DNA from: a virus
Lineage: Duplodnaviria > Caudoviricetes
Strand: one strand, 5' to 3'
IMG/VR virus record: IMGVR_UViG_3300010373_000052
Span: 1 to 58,198 of that record
Length of the DNA: 58,198 bases
The notes beneath the pieces were generated by a model. That model ran no database searches and was not told where the DNA came from. It saw nothing but the letters and a program-made list of their open reading frames with translations. Positions 52,264-58,198 of this stretch are shown here, in pieces (within the stretch, counting starts at the first letter, position 1; each line of letters opens with the position of its first letter). Position numbers and translations under genes: made by a program.

Positions 52264-53667
52264 GTGGCGATGCCCAGGGGGACCATTCGGACGCCTTGCC
52301 GTCATCAGTGCCACCCAAACCACGTCCGCACTTCGAGCACCGTTGGGCATCGGCGGCGTTGGGCATTCCGCATTGAGGACACGGGGATGGAGGCTTTCGA
52401 GCCAGTCTCGGGCCGCCGCTGCGCCGGGTGAGACCAGGCCTAGTTCAGTGATGCCGTGGACCAAGGCGTCGACGCGGTCCGGGGAGTCCGGATCTTCGGG
52501 GGTCCACGTGGTCATCTGCTCTTCGAGCTTGGCGAAGACCCCAGCTGGTCCGACGTGGTGGACCCGCTGTTGCTCGTAGAGAGCGGCGACGGGCTCGGCT
52601 CGGAGCTTCTTGCCCTGCTTGGCTTTCACGGCCTTGTACGACAATCCCGGCGCTACTGAGCGCATCACGCTCTCGACGAGGTCGAAGCCCTGGTTGACCT
52701 CGGCTACGACCCGGTCGGCGCCGAACTCCTCGTAAGCCTGGACGGCTCGACGAGCCCAACCGTCAGGGGAGAGCTTGCAGGTTCGGTCAGCGAGGACGTA
52801 GCCGTGTCCGTCTCGGCCTCGGGCCACGACCACGATTCCGGTCTCGTCAGAATCCTCATGAGCCGTGACCGCGGGGTCAACAGCGACCACGACTCGGCTG
52901 AATCCAACGTCGGGCTCCTCGACTCGGAATCCTTCGGCCTCGAACATCGAGTACCACCACAGGGCGCCCTCGACGTCCTCCAAGACCTCGGCTTCGAGTT
53001 CCTGGCGGCCGAGCCTCGTGCCCTCGTAGCGGGCGAGGATCTGGTCGCGCATCGTCGGGGCGAGGTTGGCCAGGTTGTCGTAGGTCGAGCCGCGGGTCAG
53101 GTGCGTCGTCTCGGCGCTGATCAACTGGCGGATGAGCTTCGTCGGGCGCGGGGTGGTGGTGACCACGACCTGGGGGCGTTCCCCGAGTCGCATGGTCAGC
53201 ATGAGCTGGTCCCACGTCTCGGGGTATTCCCACGACGCCACCTCGTCGCACCAGGCTCGGTGGTGCTGGGGACCACGCAGGCGGTCGGGATGCTGTGCGC
53301 TGAACCCTTTGATGTGGCAGCCGTTCACCAGGTCGAGCTCGAGGGCGGCCAGCGAGCGGTTCCACGTCTTGACCACGTCGTGGGGCAGGACGGCGAGCAG
53401 ACCCGATTCGCCTTCGACCATCGTGTCGCGCACGTCGATGTTGGTCCGGCCGACGAGGGCCACGCGGGAGTTCGGATGGGTCCGGCAGTACTCCGAGATG
53501 TCCTCGGCGCCGGTTCTCGACTTGCCGAAGCCTCGGCCGGCGAGCAGGAGCCAGACGAGCCAGTCGCCGTCAGGGGTGAGCTGGTTCGGCCTCGCTTGCA
53601 GCTTCCACCGGAGCCTGGCCTTGCTCCACGGGTCCCATTCCTGCCAGGAGTCGCTCGATTTCGGCAT
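52252..53667 (-). CDS. terL: Terminase large subunit
   Basis: Walker A AGRGFGKS, LRGPQ, WCDE, TTTP, VAVDP, SDETG, PDRVDA. Confidence 0.95.
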   Translation of the reverse strand: MPKSSDSWQEWDPWSKARLRWKLQARPNQLTPDGDWLVWLLLAGRGFGKSRTGAEDISEYCRTHPNSRVALVGRTNIDVRDTMVEGESGLLAVLPHDVVKTWNRSLAALELDLVNGCHIKGFSAQHPDRLRGPQHHRAWCDEVASWEYPETWDQLMLTMRLGERPQVVVTTTPRPTKLIRQLISAETTHLTRGSTYDNLANLAPTMRDQILARYEGTRLGRQELEAEVLEDVEGALWWYSMFEAEGFRVEEPDVGFSRVVVAVDPAVTAHEDSDETGIVVVARGRDGHGYVLADRTCKLSPDGWARRAVQAYEEFGADRVVAEVNQGFDLVESVMRSVAPGLSYKAVKAKQGKKLRAEPVAALYEQQRVHHVGPAGVFAKLEEQMTTWTPEDPDSPDRVDALVHGITELGLVSPGAAAARDWLESLHPRVLNAECPTPPMPNGARSADVVWVALMTARRPNGPPGHRHLRR

Positions 53668-54118
53668 CTAGCTCGCTCTTGTGCTCCACGGTGTGGCGCT
53701 GCTCCACCCGGACGGGCGTGTCGATGCCGGTCAGACGGGCACGGCGTTCCTTGATGCGCAGAATGGATTGGATGGCGTGCAGGACCGGGGCGTCGTCGAT
53801 CAGCGGTTCGCCGTCGATGACGATGAGCCGGCCGTGGTCGACCTTGACGTGGCGGGTGCGGAGCACGGCCATTGCGGCTCGCTCGAGTTCGTCCAGGGAT
53901 TCGAGCTCGACCCGGCGCAACTCTTCGACGGCTTCGTAGGGCGTGGACTCAATCGCTCGCTTGACCCGCTCGTAGGCGGTCGAGACCGAGCACCCCTGGT
54001 GGTCGGCTATCTGCTGGTAGCCCCAGCGCTTGGCTCGCAGCTCTGCTGCTTCGGTATCGAGCCTGGCCTGGTCGATGTCTCGCTCGATGCGGCCAGTGTG
54101 GTTGTTTCGGGCTGTCAT
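53570..54118 (-). CDS. terS: Terminase small subunit
   Basis: HTH (YQQIA....SVSTAY), ERRARLTGIDTP; overlaps terL. Confidence 0.8.
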   Translation of the reverse strand: MTARNNHTGRIERDIDQARLDTEAAELRAKRWGYQQIADHQGCSVSTAYERVKRAIESTPYEAVEELRRVELESLDELERAAMAVLRTRHVKVDHGRLIVIDGEPLIDDAPVLHAIQSILRIKERRARLTGIDTPVRVEQRHTVEHKSELDAEIERLLAGMGPVEQGQAPVEAASEAEPAHP

Positions 54119-54599
54119 GGTGTTTCGGGCCTGTGGACGGTTACCGGTCGGTGGGGAAAGTTGCCTTTTCCCTGGTCACGTCGTCGAGCTGTCATCAGCG
54201 CTGCGCCACCATGGACGCATTTCACCCGTAGCGCCGCACTCATCGCACTGGATCTCGTCGGGAACGCCGAGGATGTCGCCGTGGGACGTGACAACCCAGT
54301 CGGTGTGAGGGCATTCCACTCTGCCAATCACCCCGCCCGCGTCGCCGCGGCCAATCTCCGCTGGTGCTTGAAGTCGCAGAACGTGCAGCGGAGTCCGGCG
54401 TCGTTGGGTGGGATCTGGTTGCAGTCGCAGCACATCAGGTGGATGCGGCGGCCGTGGGCGTCGGTGCGGGGGGCTTGCGGGTGGTGGTTCATGAAGCCGT
54501 CGATGGATGACGGGTTGTCCCACAAGCAGTTGTCGGGGAGCCAGCCGTCGTTCGGGTGTTCGAGAAGGACCACGTGGACACCACCCTTGACGAATCCGC

Positions 54600-54660
54600 C
54601 CCTTTAATGTCAGTTTGGCATATGAAAGTTACAACGGTGTAGTTCAACGCCGTGACCAGG
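54600..54660 (-). promoter_or_regulatory. AT-rich intergenic region, probable late promoter
   Basis: AT-rich gap before late genes; imperfect palindrome TACA-ACGG-TGTA at 54630-54641. Confidence 0.35.
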
Positions 54661-55000
54661 GAGTTCGGTGATGGTGTCTGTGGTGTTAAGCCGTCGATTG
54701 GCTAGGTGTCCAACTGGTCCAGACATCCTTCGTATTCGCGTCGGAGCCAGCGCACAGCCTCAATGGCGTATTGCTCTACCGACGGGCTCGTAAGCACGTG
54801 GTAGCTGTCGCCCTCTTGATCCTCGCCAGCCTCAAACGCACAGACCCAGAGGGCACGCTTGGCGGCATCGAGTTCTGCCCGCAATCGGTCCATCTCGTGA
54901 TTGAGCGAGTTAAAGCACGCGGTTGGCACGTGCTCATGCTCTGGGTCTTCCGGCGAATACCGGTGATACGGCATCCCACAGGCAGAGCAGGGCTGACGTT

Positions 55001-55552
55001 TCACTCCGCAACCTCCAGTTGTTCGGCCTTCTGTGCCCTCCGATGCACCTCGAACGCAGCCCGGTCGTGCTTGGTGACCCGGAACTTGCGCCATGCCTCG
55101 TAGCACGCGCCGCAATAACCCGACTTCGGCCTCGGCAGCGCCAGTTCTCCACAGGCTGTGCAATCCGGCACCGCCTGGACCCGCTCGAACGTCGGTGCCA
55201 CTTTGAGCACGTGGTTGGCGATGTTCAGGCTGTTCTCGACTCCCTTGGCGATGGCCAGGAGGTTGGCGAAGAGGCGCTCTACCTCATTGTGGACTGGGTC
55301 ACGTGTGGTGCCGAAGTCGACCTTGACCACGACCTTGTTGCCCGTGGGATCTCCGGTGCCACGTGAGCCACCTTCGCCGCGTGAGCTGGTGCGGTGACCG
55401 TCGATGGTTGCCGGTTCGTCGTCGCGGGCACAGACGTCGGGGAACAGGTGGGATAGCTTTTCGAGGTCGCTGATGCTCCGTTGGAGCCGCGTGAACACTT
55501 CGCGTTCGTGCCTTGCCTTCAACGGGCCTCCTTGGTCACGTCGTCCAGCCAA
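55001..55552 (-). CDS. Hypothetical protein (possible late activator)
   Basis: GDPTG motif plus C-terminal CxxC..CxxCY; near end of early operon. Confidence 0.55.
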   Translation of the reverse strand: MAGRRDQGGPLKARHEREVFTRLQRSISDLEKLSHLFPDVCARDDEPATIDGHRTSSRGEGGSRGTGDPTGNKVVVKVDFGTTRDPVHNEVERLFANLLAIAKGVENSLNIANHVLKVAPTFERVQAVPDCTACGELALPRPKSGYCGACYEAWRKFRVTKHDRAAFEVHRRAQKAEQLEVAE

Positions 55553-57040
55553 TCAAATGACATACGTCGCCACCGGCTCATGCGGCACATGGTCGTTCCA
55601 CTTCACCCACAGGTCGCCCCGCGCAAAGGTGTGCCACAGATCCTTGTAGCCGATCGCTGCTACCGCCGGGAAGTGAACCCATTCCGAGTGCCAGCCGCAT
55701 GAGCACCTTGCGCGGCGATGGCGTGCCAGCGGCCCTTTCGACTCCATCTCGAACTGATGCGGCACTGTCGTCACGTCTCGTCTCCTGGCGAGCCCGGCAG
55801 GGCCAATGACCGATGCCACGCTTCGTGCATCGCCGTTTGCGCCGTCAGGGCACCGCACTCGTCGCACTGGTAGACGACCGCTGCCTGGCTGGCTACGCCT
55901 ATCAGTTTCCCGTTGCCGTCATGATGCTCCACGCGCTCGGGCGTGAGCATCCCCAGGCGGTCGAAGGCGATGCGATGCCTCCCATTGCCGCTCTTGACCT
56001 GAGCCTGCTCACCGGGCCAATCGAACGCTGCTCCTGGCCTGTCTGGCGCAAACTCCATTACTGCCCGTCTCCTGGCGAGCTTTGCTCCGCCCGTGCCTCC
56101 TGAGCAGCCATAGCTTCCAGTTGCAGCGGCAAGAAGGCTCGTACTGTCTCGGAGACTTCGGCGTCTTGTTCTCGATAGCCCTGAGCCATGAGCGCCCGCC
56201 GTCCCTCGTCCATGCAGGCTGGACAGCCGGTGAGGCTGATGTCCGACCGGTGTCGATGCGCGTTCACGATTCATCCTTGGCTGGCGAGCTTTGCTCCGCC
56301 GCAGGACGCCCGCACAGATGCCAGCATGCAGCGGTGAAAGGCACGAAGACGCTGGTGTCGCCATCAGGATCGTGCGGGTCCCAGCCGTAGCCAGTACCGC
56401 GTCCCCAATCCTCCGTGGCTTCTGAGCAGGCCAGAACGGTGCCACATTGCCCGCAAACAGTGTGCGTGTAGCTGGCAGTTCCTGTTGCGATTTTCACGGC
56501 GTCTCCTCAGGGCCGTCGTCGGATGCCGCCAGGATGCGCCACGTCAAAATGGTGCGTGGGACAGCAGGGTCGTGCCATTCCGAGAGGACACCCTTGGGGC
56601 TGATCACCCAAGCATCCGGGATCACGACTTTGCCCCCAGACGCTCGCACACAATGGCCCACCATCTCGATTGCGTGCTGACCTTCCAGTTCTGCGGCGGC
56701 GAGCTGCTCCCGTAGGCGCTCGTTCTCTTCGATCCACGCCAGTTCGGCTTCAGTGTTGCGTGCGCCGAGCGCTAGCCGTAGGCGCTCGTTGTCGAGGGTG
56801 AGGGCGGCGATGCGGTCGTGAGCCAGCTTGTTCGCAGCCAGAATGTCGTCCCTACCCATGGCGCTTCTCCCCCGCTGACGCAATCGCTTTCCTAGCTAGT
56901 CGGGCGAAGATGCCGTGTCGCTTGCAGTCGGTATTCCGAACCAGCGCCGCCACGCAGGTGCACGGTTGGCTTTCATCGTCCTCCCACCAGTTACCCATGG
57001 CGCTTCTCCCGATGGGCGGCCAGGTCAGACCGCCAACCAC
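55553..57040 (-). CDS. Cluster of about six short coupled hypothetical genes
   Basis: Start/stop-coupled small ORFs, several with CxxC. Confidence 0.45.
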
Positions 57041-57139
57041 ACTCGGTGCAGTGGTATTCCTGGCGGCACCGACGAGGGCCGTCGTAATGAACCATGTGCA
57101 TCACAAGGCTTCCGATGGCCCCGCACGCGTCGCAAACAG

Positions 57140-57508
57140 TCATCGACCCTCCTTCTCCCGATGGGCTCGCAGAGCATCCCCCGCCAGCTTCATCACTGCT
57201 TCCAGCAGCTTCGCTCGGCAGTCATTCCACCCGCGCTTGTACTCCGCTGATTCGGCTACCTCGTCGGGAGCCTCGCTCGGCCGCTCCCCCAACTCCCAGG
57301 TTGCGTAGAACCGGGCTTTACCCATCTCAATGAGAGACTCTCGGCAGCGGTCCATCAGTTCACTAAACGTGTCGGCAGCGGCCGTCCAGCCGGGAAGGTC
57401 CGGCGAATCGGCCCACCACGTCTCCGCCTCCTGATGGAAGTGAAGCGCCACGTCGAACGAACCGGCGTTGATTGCCGTGGGGGCCGCTCGGGCTACGTCC
57501 TCAGTCAC
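57140..57508 (-). CDS. DUF1902/HicB-like fold protein
   Basis: HQEAETWWADSPDLPGWTAAADTFSELM. Confidence 0.7.
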   Translation of the reverse strand: MTEDVARAAPTAINAGSFDVALHFHQEAETWWADSPDLPGWTAAADTFSELMDRCRESLIEMGKARFYATWELGERPSEAPDEVAESAEYKRGWNDCRAKLLEAVMKLAGDALRAHREKEGR

Positions 57509-58080
57509 GATGGGTCCTCCGCATGGGCGACGAGTCGGTGGTAATAGAGGCCGATGCCGAGACGATTGGGCTGGTAGTCCTGTCCTTCGGCGTCACAGTC
57601 GGCGCACGTCCAGCGACCCGTCGTCCGGTCGAGATGACCCCCGATTTCACCACCCAGCGCTTCGGCAAACTCGTTGAAAGTCTCACTCACTCGGCGGCAC
57701 CTCCTCGGGAGCCAGGACGACGGTTTTGGCGTCAGGTGAAAGCCACGCGAAGTCATCGGGCACGAAGGGTCGCGCCTCGCCTTCCTTTGCCATCAACTGG
57801 AACCGCTCGCGCAGTTCTGGGTCTGCAAAGACGGCCGCTGCCATTTCCGCAGAAGCCCGCTGGGTTGGCGTTTGCTCACGCATCAGGAGCCACCTTTACA
57901 GCTTCCGCGGGCCAAGGGGTCGGTTCGAAGCCGCCTGTCCGCATGGGGCGATTGACCCAGACGATCGGGAATGAGTGACCCTTCTGTTCAATCCCACTAA
58001 GGGCTTCGGTCAGGTGCTCAACGCCGTCCGCATCGGTGATGACCACCTTGCTTCCCGCCTGAATCGTGGTGTTACTCACT
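57505..58080 (-). CDS. Three short hypothetical genes (about 57505-57690, 57683-57883, 57876-58080)
   Basis: Overlapping start/stop codons. Confidence 0.45.
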
Positions 58081-58198
58081 CGGGCACTCCCATCGCAGCG
58101 AGCCACGAAGCGTGGCGTGGACAGAGTCGGACGGTGTCGCCGAGCCACTCGAACTCCTTGTAATCAGTCCGGCGGCACTGCTTGATGGCGTTTCCGGC

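Overview
This window is a near-complete, high-GC temperate tailed phage genome (siphovirus-like), probably infecting an actinobacterium because it carries a WhiB gene. It looks circularly permuted and excised: both ends fall inside genes of the same minus-strand early operon, and an intact attP lies internally. Minus-strand early genes occupy 1-11.5 kb and 54.7-58.2 kb (SpoU methylase, replication initiator, WhiB, Sak/Rad52-like annealase, intein-split PD-(D/E)XK exonuclease, HNH, excisionase, Cro). A cI/lipoprotein/attP/tyrosine integrase module lies at 11.6-14.3 kb and a small rightward cassette at 14.3-15.1 kb. The late operon runs leftward from 54.1 to 15.2 kb (terminases, ClpP, portal-MuF, scaffold, capsid, glycosyl/methyltransferase, tail, several glycan hydrolases, lysis). 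The standout is 8.7-9.85 kb: a non-coding array of about 50 GGC-NN pentamers, split into five ~45-55 nt units, directly upstream of a Cas7/RAMP-like gene and a partner gene. Read as codon positions 1-2 with the wobble base skipped, the variable dinucleotides of one unit can spell the tyrosine-integrase catalytic motif (R-I-R-L-H-D-L-R-H-T-Y) and those of another an XRE-repressor helix (K-I-A-E-A-L-G-L-T-P). Neither matches this phage's own integrase, cI or cro. This points to a non-CRISPR, RNA-guided, gapped-code system aimed at competing phages. All family assignments come from motifs read by eye; no database search was run.
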